From NCBI RefSeq assembly GCF_009914755.1, contig NC_060930.1: DNA of 64,000 bases; one strand, 5' to 3'. Numbering within the stretch: position 1 is the first letter of the stretch; each line of letters starts with the position of its first letter. The DNA is from the human T2T-CHM13v2.0 reference genome, Homo sapiens. The translations under genes were made by a program, and so were the position numbers. The notes below the pieces were generated by a model that saw only the letters and a program-made list of their open reading frames with translations, ran no database searches and was not told where the DNA came from. Shown here one piece after another: positions 32,995 through 49,088 of this stretch.

Positions 32995-32995
32995 A
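32961..32995 (+). repeat. (CAA)n microsatellite
   Basis: About 10 AAC units. Confidence 0.9.
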
Positions 32996-33205
32996 AACCC
33001 AAAAAAAAACCTCCCCTCCCAAAAAAAAACAGTATCAGGAAGAACACAAAGTACAGAAAATATCGTAAAGGTTAGGACAAAAGATAAAAATATAGAAAAT
33101 CAATGAAATAATTTAAGGGACTAAGATACTAGTACTGCTGTACCATGCCACAAAGGCTTATGGGAATCCAGCAGAGTGAAAGATAAAAGAAAAACACTAA
33201 GTACA

Positions 33206-33570
33206 TGCTATGGTCTAAATATTTGTGTCTTCCCAAATTCATATGTTGAAATCCTAACGCCCAAGTTGATGGTATTAGGATGTGACATGTTTGAGAGGTG
33301 GTTAGGTCATGGAGGCAGATTCCTCATGAATAAGATTAGTGCCTTTAGAAGAAAAGTCTGAGAGAGACCATTCACCTTCTCCACCACATAAGGACACTAT
33401 GAGAAGGCGTCATCTCTGAACCAGGAATTTTGCCCTTACCAATGACTGAATCAGCTGGTTCCTAGATCATGTACTTCCTAGCCTTCAGAACTGTGACAAT
33501 TCATTTTCTGTTATTTATAAGCTACCCAGTTCATAGTATTTTGTTACAGCAGCCAAAATGAAGTAAGATT
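33206..33570 (+). mobile_element. MLT1A-like MaLR solo LTR
   Basis: TGCTATGG..AATATTTGTGTC..CCCAAATTCATATGTTGAAATCCTAA...gttacagcagcc. 5-bp TSD GTACA (33201-33205 and 33571-33575). Confidence 0.85.
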
Positions 33571-36500
33571 GTACAACTTTGTGAAATTTCAGGAGACTAA
33601 AAATAGAGAAGAAACCTTAAAAGTTTCCTGAGAAATGAAGAGAAATTAAAAGATATCATATACAAATAAATATCTGAAAGTTATTAGATATTTCATAGGA
33701 ACACAGGATGCTAGAAATCAATGGAGCCATGCCTTCAAAATTCTGAGGGAAATGGTTCACGTTTTGTGTATAAATTTGTGTAAAATTAAGTTTGAGGGTA
33801 GAACATCTAGATATACATAAAGATGTGGCAAGATTGTCACTTTCCAGGCAGCCTTGATTCAAAAACCTAATATATACTATGTTCCAGCATCTTATATCAG
33901 ACAAATGAAACAAAATAAGTAAGAGAAAATAAGACATTCAATAACCATTTGGCCAAACATAGAAGAATAGCAAAGTGAAGTTTCATTGCTAGGAGCCATA
34001 AAGTAAATCTCATGAAGAGTTAAAAAAAGATAAGCATAATAAAATTATGCAAATAATAAACAAGGACATTATTTACTGGGCAGAGGGTGGTGAGGTTATA
34101 AGAAAAGGAAAGCTCACTGTAGTATAATACTTGGCTGTGCCAAACATCAGCATATGCCATTTATAATGGTTTATACTTTGCCCGTTGCTTTTCAAACAAT
34201 GGACCTAATTTTGGGGATGATCAAGCAAAACAATCAGGGTTGATGTAAGATAGGTAAATCCTCATTCTTCATAACAAAAAGTCAGTGATAATTTTGGAAA
34301 TGAATACATAAAAATAGTAAAACACACTTTTTACTTGGAAGTATGAATATTGAGATACAGAAGAAACTCCTGAAAATATATAGGTAATTACCTTTGAAAT
34401 AAAGTAGGATTTGGAGAGGATGAGTATGTCTCTCTCTAATTTTCTAATAAAATTACAGATGACTTTGATATAAAATCCAGTGCAAAAATGCAACAAACAC
34501 AATAGTTGTATGAACACAAACACAAGAATAGGCAATATGTGACTAGAAGAACCACACTGGCGAAGAAAAAATTCTGGGTGTTGCCAACCAACAACTACAC
34601 TAAATGGATTGTAGCACCTTTAGCATCTGGTGGCAACCTTGGTGGTGTTTGAAGTACACTGAGAGCCACACAGGTGTTTTTCATGTAACTATAGGTAAAT
34701 TCATTTCAAACAACAACATAGGCCTTATGTCTTTGGACACAGAAAGCACAAGTTCCACAAGGTCACATGGCACCCCTGTATTTTCAATTCTGCTTTTTGT
34801 GATGCTCTAAAAAACAATAAATGTTTTATTCAAACTGCATCTATGTAGCTTCCCAGTCATGGCATCACTGGCCATGTTTATTTGAGACTAAATGTCATCA
34901 TGGTTTACATTCTCTCTGTCCTAATAGAGAATTACTCTTGGTGAGAACATCAAGCATGCTCTGCCTGTATCACATTGCTCTTGGATGTGTTATGAATGAG
35001 TCTGAGGCCCATTCTGAGGGTACAATGTTCTGTCCATATGCATTAAGAGTAAATGCTTCAGTTACTGGGAGAAGTTCATATGTTCCATTATTTTAAGCTG
35101 CAAAGTGTGGGATTTTTTATTGACCTATTTTGAAAGTATGCTTACTCAATAAAAATTGCTAGTGATTTTGCAGTGTTCTTCAAATCATAAGGCATAAAGC
35201 TAGATGTTTTTAATTGCACTTTAGCATCTCGTAAGGAAATGCTCTCAAGCCTCAGACAAATGGTAAGCTGTTGTATTCCCTTTGGAAAAACTTCATTTGA
35301 TTATAGTAGTATTTCTCTTTCTCCTAAATATTAAAATAAAGCAAGCTGAAGTTTCTAAGCTTTATAGAAACTATCACAGAGAGTTTTGTCTTTCCTTTTT
35401 AACATATTGGACAAAAACTGAGCTTAATGTATAAAAGGCTACTTTCAGCAAAGCTGCTCGTGTGCTATTCCAAAAGAAGTTGGTCTCTCCTTGGAAAGGA
35501 TCCTAGAAAACTGAATTGGAGGCAGATTTTTTGGCTACCTTCGCACATGAATTTCTTCAGAGTAGTGGCAGAAATCAATGGCTTCCTTAAATAAAGCACT
35601 CCAGGGACAGAAGAAATCATAGCCTGGCTCAGTTCCTGGAATTTGTGTTTTTGCTTGTATGATCATTACTTAGCAAGTACTTTCAAAGTCAAATCCCTTT
35701 TTCTACATTTATAATCAAAAAGAATAAGAACCTAAACTCAGATATAAAATTCTGATGCTTAAAGTAATTCTCATCCTGGTGTTATCAAATCTTCATTTTC
35801 TAGTCTCATCTATGGCAGCTGAGCTTATGCCAAATTAACAAGAGCAGCAGTAAACCACTCAATTTCTGAGCTTATTAAAATTATTCCATATTTTAGTGTA
35901 TGTGAATGCATCTCTGCATGAGTTTTATGAGTTCTTTATAAGCCGTTAGGTCTTTTTTTTTTTTTCTTTTCCTCTGGTTTGTTTTGTCTTCCTTATATTA
36001 ACTCATTTATTCACACTTAATTCATTCATTTATTCATTAGGCAAAACTTCATAAGTACTTAATGTTTATCACTCACCATAGCTAAGTGCTAAGAAATTGG
36101 AGGTTTAACTTTATTTCTGCATTTTTATTTTGAACTTTTTTGAGACATTAATGGTACATCTTAGTAAAATTTTCTAAGTTCCATCCAGGCACTTGGGTAA
36201 ATTTTCCAAATATTACTCAGCATAATATGGCTGTCCTTAGGTAAAAGATAATGATACATAACAAAAAATTATCAATGTTGATAACCTAATAATAATCTTA
36301 TTGGCTAACATTTATTAAGTGATACTAAATGGTTTCACCTATTTTAGCTTTTCTGATCCTCAGTAAACCCAGGAAAACTGAGAAGTTGTGGGACTTGACC
36401 CAAATTGCACAGCAAGTGATGGTGGTAGTAGAACTCTGGTTGTCCAACTCAAGAACTCATTCTTTTCAAGACAACATTGTACGGTACTGCAATAATAATG

Positions 36501-37078
36501 ACATAATGTTGACTGAACCATTACTTCATGGTCCTGGACACAGTGGTATGATAATTAGAGCTTTTATACATTACAGTGAAAAGCTATACACATATATTTG
36601 TAATTTTAAAATGCTCAAGAGTAAAAACAATTACAAACATTTATTGAGCACTTTCTGTATGCAAGGCATATGTAGTACCTTATACTATATGAAAAATTAC
36701 CCTCTGCAGCAGGTATTATTATTACCTGCATTTAACAAATGAGAGATTTAAGGTTCTGAGTTCTTTGGTAACAGGTACAGGGGTTTACAATGGGTAGCAG
36801 TGCTAGAATTTGCTTTTAATTTGCTTGTTTCCAGAAACTTGTTTTAATTGGTATGCTTTACTTCCTCTCTTAAAAAGTGAAAACCATTTATACCTTATCA
36901 AAATAGACCATTTAGATACATATTGTTGGTGGTGAATTAGATTGCATTGAATAATGACAAGTTTCTGACAATTATAAAGCAGTGACATTCAGGAAGAATT
37001 TTTTTTATTTAGTTGCATACTAGTTATTATTTCAGGAATAATATTTTAAAAATCTAGTTTTTCAACTCTAGCAAATAA

Positions 37079-37446
<368 letters not shown>

Positions 37447-38578
37447 TAACACAACAATGTTTTTCAAAAATGTTTTCATATGATTGTTTAGATTCCAGAG
37501 TGGTGACATAGGAGAAATTTTAGGGGAGACAGGGAAACCACAGGGTGGGGCTAATAGTTCCCTACCCAACTCTTCCTATTATCTCCAATCCAGGTCTCAA
37601 ACAGAAGAGGCTATCCTTTAATTATTTCATACTGTAGCTATCTACGTAACACCTTGTTTAAAAAAAAATAACTCTCTGCAAATTTGTGGTATGGCTATTT
37701 AGTTCTTCATGATTGAATACACTTGATACATATTAAAGTATGTATCTTAAGAAGCTTCAGAGTAATACTTTGGAAAATCACAACCTTTTTATTTTCTAAT
37801 AACCAGTTCTATGCTATTTCTTATAGGGCAGAAAGCACTAAAGTGAGTTTTTTCTTGCCTTTAAGTCTAAAGGAGTCTTTCCTGTGTTCTGCCCTCTGTG
37901 TGTTCGAATGAGAAAACCAGGCAAAATAGGTCTATTTCACCAGAGACCAGTGTGATCAGATCACATTAATATCTACGTGATTACCTGCACCATCTATGCC
38001 TTGGCACTGTCATAAAATCACAGGGAGAGAGAAGGAAACTCTCATTGACTGAAATTGATTTTCTGTTATCTCATCAGAATGGGGACTAGAAATGTAAATT
38101 AAGTTGAGATGTAGAAAATAAAATTATATGTCTTGCATACCTGAGTTATTGGCAGAGATTCCTGTATGCTGCAATTGGAATATATGACTATAATTGAGGG
38201 AAGGTTCTGTCCCATGGAAAAAAAAAAGAGTAAGTTTCACCAGAGTCATGCTCCTCCACTCTATTCCCGACTTTGGTTTCAAGTTAGATTTATATTGTGA
38301 TTTGATCACACAGTCCCTGAGAAAAGGTGAGGTATGCTGTGGTATTAAGGATGCTTTGTGAACGGTGGTTAATATTCACCAGGTTTCTGCTTCCAGAAAT
38401 GTCTGGAGTACTGTGGGGGTGCCAGGGTGTCAGCTGAACTGGAAAAATGCAAGATCAAATAGAACAGCCCTGACTCTGACTACAATTTAAATATTCGCTA
38501 TGGCTCCCATCTGAGTTCCTCAAAATTTCATCCTGGCTAGTTCCCCACAAATCCTCTCTATAGACGATCATAAGTAGC

Positions 38579-40859
38579 TATATTAGTCCATTCTCGTGCT
38601 GCTAATAAAGAGATACCCAAGACTGGGTAATTTATAAAGGAAAAAAGTTTAACTGACTCACAGTTTAGCATGGCTATCATGAGAATAGCATGAGGGAAAC
38701 CACCTCCATGATTCAATTACCTCCCATGGGGTTCCCTCCACCAAGTGAGAATTATGGGAACTACAATTTAAGATGAGATTTGGGTGAGGACACAGCCAAA
38801 TCATATCATTCTATCCCGGGCCCCTCCCAAATCTCATGTCCTCACATTTCAAAACTCAATTATGCCTTTCCAACAGTCCCTCAAAGTCTTAGCTCATTCC
38901 AGCATTAACCTAAAAGTCCAAATCCAAAGTCTCATCTGAGACAAGGCAAGTTGCTTCTGCCTATGAGCCTATAAAATCAAAAGAAAGTTAGTTACTTCCT
39001 AGATAAAATGGCGGTAAAGGGACTGGGTAAATACACTTGCTCCAACTGGGAGAAATTGGCCTACCAGAACAAAGTCCAAAATCCAACAGGGCAGTCATTA
39101 AACCTTAAAGTTCTGAAATGATCTCCTTTGAAGCCATGTCTCACATCTGAGTCACACTGATGCAAGAGGTGAGCTCCCATAGCCTTGGGCAGCACTGCCC
39201 CTGTGGCTTTGCAGGGTACAGCATCCCCTCCTGGCTGCTTTCAGGGGCTGGTGTTGAATGTCTGTGGCTTTTCCAGGCACACAGTGCATGTTGTTGGTGG
39301 GTCTACCATTCTGGGGTCTGGAGAACAGTGTCTTTCTTCTCACAGCTCCACTAGACAGTGCCCAAGTGGGGATTCTGTGCGGGGTCTTTGACCCCACATT
39401 TCCCTTCTGCACTGCCCTAGCAGAGGTTCTCCATGAGGGCTCTGCCCCTGAAGCAAACTTCTGCCTAGACATCCAGGCATTTCCATACCTGGTGGAGGTA
39501 TGAAAGATTTCACACCTAGATTTCATACCTCTGAAATCTAGGCAGAGCTCCCCAAACCTCAGTTCTCGACTTCTGTGTATCCACAGGCTCAACACCATGT
39601 GGAAACTGCCAAGACCTGGGGCTTACACCCTCTGAAGCCACAGCCAGAACTGTACCATGTGACTTTGAGCCACCGCTACAGTGGCTGGAATGCAAGGCAC
39701 CAATTCCCTAGGCTGCATACAGCCGGGGGAGCCTGGGCCTGGCCTATGAACCATATTTTCCTCTTAGGTCTCTGAGCCTGTGTTGGGAGGACCTGCTGTG
39801 AAGGTCTCTGACATGCCCTGGAGATATTTTCCCCATTGTCTTGGTGATTAACATTCAGCTCCTTGTTACTTATGCAAATTTCTGTAGCAGGCTTGAATTT
39901 CTCCCCAGAAAATGGGTTTTGGTTTTCTATTAACTTCTGTGCATCCACAGGCTCAACACCATATGGAAACTGCCAAGATTTGGAGCTTACACCCTCTGAA
40001 GCCACAGCTAGAGCTGTATTTTGTGACTTTGGGCATCAAAGGCTGCATCATCAGGCTGCAAAGTTTTCAAACTTTTATGCCCTGCTTCCTCTTGAATGCC
40101 TTGCCACTTAGAAATTTCTTCTGCCAGATACCCTAAATCATCTCTCTCATGTTTAAAGTTCCACAGATCTCTTGGGTAGGGACAAAATGCTGCCAGTCTC
40201 CTTGATAAAGCATAGCAAGAATCACCTTTATTCCCGTTCCCAATAAGTTCTTCCTCTCCATCTGAGACCACCTCAGCCTGGACTTCCTTGTTCGTTTCAC
40301 CATCAGCATTTTGGTCAAAGCTATTCAACAAGTCTCTAGGAAGTTCCAAACTTTCCCACATTTTTCTTTCTTCTTCTGAACCCTCCAAACTATTTCACCC
40401 TCTCCCTGTTACTCAGCTTCAAAGTCGCTTCCACATTTTCAGGTATCTTTACAGCAGCACCTCACTCTCTGTGGTACCAATATACTGTATTAGTCCATTC
40501 TCACACTGCTAATAAAGACATACCTGAGACTGAGTATTTATAAATGAAAGAGGTTTAATTAACTCACAGTTCAGCATGGCTGGGGAGGCCACAAGAAACT
40601 TAAAATCATGGTGGGAGGGGAAGTAAACATGTCCTTCTTCACATGGCAGCAGGAAGGAGAAGAACGAGAGCAGTGCAAAAGGGGAAGCCCCTTAAAAAAA
40701 CCCTCAGATCTCATGAGAACTTAATATCATAAAAATAGCTTGGAAGAAACTGTCCCTGTGATTCAATCACCTCCTACTGGCTCCCTCCCATGAACGTGGG
40801 GATTATGAGACCTAAAATTCAAGATGAGATTTGGGTGGGGACAAAGCCAAATCATATCA
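38579..40859 (-). mobile_element. Full-length THE1 MaLR (5'LTR 40486-40859, internal region, internally deleted 3'LTR 38579-38808), sense to EYS
   Basis: Two LTRs (T[G/A]TATTAGTCCATTCTC...CAAATCATATCA) flank THE1-int. TSD GTAGC/GTGGC. Confidence 0.92.
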
Positions 40860-41249
40860 GTGGCTATGGTTGAAGGGGAGGGCAATTTAGGATGATGTCA
40901 TTTCTCATTAGTATAACTCTTAAATTATCAAGCAGAAATAAATGTTAATTTTGTCTTTCATATCTAGGGAATTTTTTTTAATTAAATACATTCTTCTAGT
41001 AAGGTCAGGCTGACAAGTAACAATTTATCTTTGGCTCATGAATCATTTAAAGATAATCCACTTCCTAAATGCTAAACACAATCAGTATGCTAGTTACTCT
41101 TCTAAAAAATCAAAATGCACAGATTAAGAGCTTGCTCTTTTTCTCTTTCTCAAAACTAGGATACAAAAATAAAAATAATCACCAATCTTTTGTAATAACT
41201 TGGAAACTGCTGATTAGTGTTTTCAAATATTTCAGGGAGGGAGCGAAGA

Positions 41250-41291
41250 AGAGAGAGAGAGCGAGAGAGAGAGAGCGCATTTTTTTGTTTG

Positions 41292-41335
<44 letters not shown>
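41250..41335. repeat. (GA)n and (TG)n microsatellites
   Basis: Seen directly in the sequence. Confidence 0.9.
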
Positions 41336-41339
<4 letters not shown>

Positions 41340-41540
41340 CAGTGGTTCTCAAACAGGGATTGTGATTTTTGCCCTCTCCATCCTCCCCATCAAGAAACAT
41401 TTCACAACAACTGGAACGATTTTGGCTCCTCCCAAGTGAGGGAAGGGGTAGAATCCAGAGTTGCAGCTAAACATCCTACAATACAAAGGACAGCACCTTA
41501 CAACAAATAATTATCTAGCCCCAGTATCAATAGTGCTGAG
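41340..41540. mobile_element. MER20-like hAT MITE
   Basis: cagtggttctcaa...gctaaacatcctacaat...acagc...acaacaaataattatctagccc...tcaatagtgctgag. Confidence 0.75.
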
Positions 41541-41544
41541 CTAG

Positions 41545-41618
41545 ATGATTGACAGATAGATAGATCGATAGATTGATAGACAGATGATAGATAGACAGAT
41601 AGATGACAGACAGATAGA
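41545..41618 (+). repeat. (GATA/GACA)n tetranucleotide STR
   Basis: Seen directly in the sequence. Confidence 0.9.
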
Positions 41619-43006
41619 CTTTTTTTTTCTAATAAAGACATTTAAAGGGTGCCCATTGAAGGGAAGACTTCATGTTACTCGAAACATGTTACCTTCTTTG
41701 TTTTGAGAACAGTCACTCAATTGCCTCATTCCATTAGGCAAATAAGTGTGGGGCATCTGTGCAGTGCTGAAAGGGATACAGACAAGCCAAGGGCCTATCC
41801 CTCTTGGAATATGGATAAGCATGTATGTTCTACTTTGTAGCAAGAAATAAGGGCAATGGTGGACAAGGGTTGTTAGGTCATATTGCTATTCTAAATCTGC
41901 TGAGGACCTTCGTACTTTAAAACCTTATGGTACTTGGTCAATTGGAATGGCTGGGATGCCTCAGGGAGGAAACATGGAACTTTCTGTTGTGAAGCCTCAA
42001 TAGGTTGAGTATAAAAATATTTTCTTAGTGTTATCTTTGAATCCTGTTTTGCTTTTTTTATTAGAAGAGTCTCAGAAGTAATCTTCACATGATTATTATT
42101 ATCACATTAGTGTAATAGAACCTATTAATACATTTGGTCTTAATTGTTCTTAGAACGATGGAGTGAGAGGTTAATTATTATGAGCATAATGTCTATGTTA
42201 ATCTTGTGCTACCACTTGGTTTAATATTCCTGTCACCTTACAAGTGTATCTGAGAGTATTCATTACTTTCATTTGTAGTGTAGATTTTTCCTTCAGAATA
42301 ATAATGTGCATAATAAATAGTTCATTTTATATAGATAACATTTTATAACTGTCTTTTAAAATGTAATACATGTCTATTAGGACTATAGGCATATAAAATA
42401 CTTTCTTTTTTATTTTTTGGTTTTTCTTTTAGATAATTTTGTTTTGAAAATGTTGAATGCCTGTTTTGTAAATATTTAATTCATTTATTCATTCATTCAA
42501 TCAATCACTCAGTAAGGATTTACTGATTTTTCTGCAAAGCATTTTGTTAGATCTTGAGAATATAAAAAAGAATAAGTGAAGTTTTCACTCTCAAAGTACT
42601 CAGATTTTAATTTTAGAGTATTTTCTCTTCATGGATTAACAATTATTGATATGAAAACTTATTGGAAAGGAAGTCAATTCAATTGTATAACCACTTTCAT
42701 TTCAAGTAAGATGTCACATGCTATACAGATTAATTTGAAACCATCAAACCTAGACCATTAAGCAATTTAATTTCCTAGTTGTAAAATCAATGTCCATTTC
42801 AAATTCAGCCAGCTAAACATTTTAACTATAAGTTTAGTATATTCAAATTGAAATATACACAATGTTTCTAATTAGTTCTAATTACTGACAGACATGTAGT
42901 AGGTAGTGTTTCCTAACATTATAGAATCGTCATGCCTCTTGAGGTGATACAATACCAACAGAGGAATCGCTTTCCTTTCACAGGTATGTTAAGAAACCAA
43001 ATTCTT

Positions 43007-43260
<254 letters not shown>

Positions 43261-44117
43261 TTAGAGTTGCCAATGAGATCACCAATGGCAAGCTTTATAT
43301 AATTCTGAATGGGTCACGTTACTTAAGTTGCTTGTATATAAACTTAATATGAACACAATCACTTTTGATTATTTTAAATGCTAACATTTCTTGGAAGAAA
43401 ATGTTTATTTTAGCACTTAACCTTTCATTTTGCATTCCCTTTTAAATGCTATCCTAAAATTTTCAACCATTTGAATAAAATTAAGTTTCCATTTTAGTGA
43501 GAAAGTTCTTCAATAATTAACATAACATATTCTTCAACTATAAAATATTATGATATAAAGTTTGACTCAAAAGTTGAGTTAATGATTTTATCTATTTAAA
43601 ATAACCACAGTAGTGATAACTCAGCTAAATCAACCCCCGTTTTCATATTTTTGACAGTTTACGACCTACATAAAATATGCACACAGATATAAAACATCCA
43701 GTAAACTTCATAGGCATCTGTTTAAAAACAGAAAATATTTTAAGATATTTGAGAAAGAAGGAGGACTCATTTAAAACACTGATATTTTATTATCAATATT
43801 TTATTTAATACCTATGATGTACCAGATTTTTACCCAGGTTATTGTGAGCATGCAAATAATTTCATGCAACTCTGGAGAAAAAAATATTTGTGACTAAGTC
43901 TAAGCAGTTAGACAGCCTAGCGACCCTACTGAAACAGAACTTCTGATTTTTATGGCTGCACCAAACTGCATCTGCTTTATTTCACTGCAAACCCTGCGTG
44001 TTTTTAAGACAACAGATGTGGCTCACTCTAAGATTGCATTTCTTCCCGTGCTAATTTTCTCTCCTCTCCAACACCTGCCCACCGTTGAATCTCAAATCAA
44101 GTTTCATCCCTGCCTTT

Positions 44118-45640
<1,523 letters not shown>

Positions 45641-46441
45641 GGTCGTATAGAGTGACCATTGTCTCACACTGCTTAGAATAATTTCTGTTTGTACATGTTG
45701 TCCCAGAGTCATAACTAACAACACTCTTTTTTATTTTTAAATATTTATCAGTTTGAATGACAAAATTCTCTACTCACAGGTGACAGTAACAAAAGCTGTG
45801 TCAGTTGTGGGAACATGGATACCAGATTGGATAGGACTGAATAGTAAAGAACAAGTAACAAAATCAAAATCTCATGTGTGGCAAACTTTTGACATGTTGA
45901 CTTTGAAGAGGAACAGAATCAAAGTAATATAAGATCTCGAGAGGTGCTGTGTTGCAGCTGAGAAATTTTAAAGCCTTTTTTTTTCTTTTTTTTGGAAATG
46001 GTTCAGCAGAGAGAAAAAGATGGATAATACAAGAAAATAAAGGTGATCCTGAAGAAGAGAAGTCCTTGAAAATGTGAAAAAGGATGGAGTCTAGCGGTTG
46101 GCAGAGGGGTTGGCTTTGGATAGAATTGGATCAAGTCCTCCCAGTAGCAAGAGGGATAAACTATTTCTCTTAAACCCTGTCCTTCAGATATGTGACCATT
46201 CTGTTCTAAACTTCTATAAGCAACTTATCATGCCATGATTAGCCACAGTTTTCAAATGGAAGTCTCCAGCTATGCTGAACTCTGACTTTTTAAGAATTAT
46301 TCTGTTTCTGGTAATTACAGAATCACTATTTCTAGTTATTTTTTAGTCAATTATATATGAGAACCATTTTGCATAATATTATTGCATTGTTTCAAATGAT
46401 ATGAAAATCTTGCAAAGCTTTTTCTAAAAAAAAACTAGATC

Positions 46442-46471
46442 ATTGTTTCTCAGCTTTTTGGCTATCAAGTG
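46442..46471 (+). pseudogene. Tailless 5' U2 snRNA retrofragment (~30 nt)
   Basis: attgtttctcagctttttggcta---tcaagtg versus the U2 5' end ATCGCTTCTCGGCCTTTTGGCTAAGATCAAGTG. Flanked by a ~15-bp TSD aaaaa(a/t)aactagatc. Confidence 0.7.
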
Positions 46472-48725
46472 AAAAATAACTAGATCAATTTTTCTTTTAG
46501 CTTAAATTTGGGCAAATTTCATTAGCACTGTGTTTTATTGCAGTTAGCATGATAATTAGTCATTAATGGTTAGTTCCCTTAAAAAATAAATACATCTGAC
46601 AGGATTATCTAGGAATTTACATTTCAGTGGTTCCTAGAAGTATTCTGCTAGAGAATCTGTGGATATGGACTTAATGTATTCATTTTTATTGACATGCAGT
46701 GATCAATGAGGCTTTAACAATTAAAGCAACATGCAAGGTCATAACAGAGAGTACACCAAAGCAGCAGGTAACCAACAACTATAGAGAATGTCAACTTGGG
46801 GAGAGACTGATGTATATAAGCTAAATGATATACAGACTGCATTATTCCATGTAGGCTCTAGTCAATTAACTGTGAAGACCCTTTTGGAAGTGTTCCATAC
46901 TTCCTAATTAGAATGCTTTGAAACTTAACTTTCCTATTGTTGTATTGATTTAACTTGAAGCTTGCTACCTTCAATATGCTCTCATTATATATTAAAAAAG
47001 GCCATATAACAAAAAGATATTTGACTATCCTTTTTGAGAAGATTTGATGTAAACAAAAATATATTAGGTATTGTAACCCTGATAATATACAACTGAAGGA
47101 AGCAAATATAGGCTTGACTTTTGATTCTGAAGTCATCTAAATGAACATAGAATGAGAAAGCACATGAAAGCAACCATTATGTATACTTCAGAATTCCTTT
47201 TCACAAAATAACTTTTCATTAATAGAAAAAACTTAAGAAGTAACACAATGAAGTAGGATATGTTCTTTTCAAACTGAAAGGAATTTGATAGTATTTGTAA
47301 AATGACTTGAATTAAGCATTAATTTTCTGAAATAATGATTATTCTAAATGTTTCTCAAAAGTGAGTTTACCTCCCATAACACAACTGACTTTCAACATTT
47401 GAATTTTCTGACATCTATTGATTCAGTAAACTAATTACACTATGGTGATCTACAAGAAACATTTTAAAGACTTAAATTCAAAGTATTATGTATCTAGCAT
47501 TTCAAAATGCACTCAACTGGATCATAATACAAGTTAATGAGAATTAAAATTTATCACTCAACAATTGCCTTCAATATTGCAAGTTTCTCTTAATAAGATA
47601 ACCATAATCTTTATTTTTATATTTACACTGAAATATCTCACAGGAAGGCTTTCTGAAACTGTGGTTAATATAACCTTGTTTTATTTTTTAGCAAGAATAT
47701 TTTTTCATCTCTGTTTTCTTATATGAAATACTAAAATTATAAACTATCCACTTTCAGTTTGTTTTCAAACTGTTTGTATTAGCATAGGAGACAGTTGACC
47801 TCTTGGCAAAGATAAGAGAAAAATGAGGCAAGCTAGAATTACAGCTGAGTCAAGTGAATCATATGCAGCAGAAAGATTTAAGTAGAAATTTTAACTGTAG
47901 GTCATTTATACTAGAACCTCTCTTATCAGGTTAGAGTAAAAAACATCATCAAAAACAAGACATATTTCAGGTAAAATTGAAGGACACGAGTAATCAGTGG
48001 ATACCTGTTGAAGCCTATACTATGATATGCTAATCTTTGTTTCCATAAGTTGTTGAGCCTCTAAAGGGCATACATTTGTATGGCTCAGTAAATGTCACTA
48101 AATTGCCATTATCCAATTCTTACTAAAAGCATGCATTTGGCAGAAATAAGCCAATTATACTTTATGATATTGTCTATTTCTAGCCTATATTATTATCTTG
48201 TTTTAAAAAGTGCTTTCAAAATATATTTTGAAATTATTTTTGCTGAAAGAATAAGACTCAGGCCTTTGACTTGTGTATACTTTGAATTTTTATATCCCAG
48301 ATATATGATAAAATGCCTGGGTACAATAGCTTCCCAGTAATTCCACATAAATGCAGCTGCTATGTGCTTCTTTTGGTAACATCTGCCCTTTTTGATCAAA
48401 ATCCAACCAAAAATATTCTCAAAACTCTTGAGGTCCAGACGACTTATAGACTGACATCAGCTACATAATTTCAGCTGAACTTCCACAGAATAATAAAAAA
48501 TATCTTTTTCTAGAGAAAAAAACCCCAAAACTCTGATGTTAAATGGACGTATCAAGTAAAACCAAAATTACTCTATGCTCCTCTGATTTGACTAACAGTA
48601 TTAATAATAGCAGTATATTTTGTTAGATTAATTTCAGTAATTTTATAATAGGTAATATGTTTTCAAGTAAAATGATGGGAAATGTCCTACTTTTTAAATT
48701 ATTTTGTGTTTAAAAATAGCCCCTA

Positions 48726-49088
<363 letters not shown>

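Noticed and set aside
39152-40512. Cluster of overlapping ORFs, and the similar cluster at 60902-63393
   Set aside because: All lie within THE1 internal or LTR sequence, or the decayed HSMAR2. There is no intact protein.
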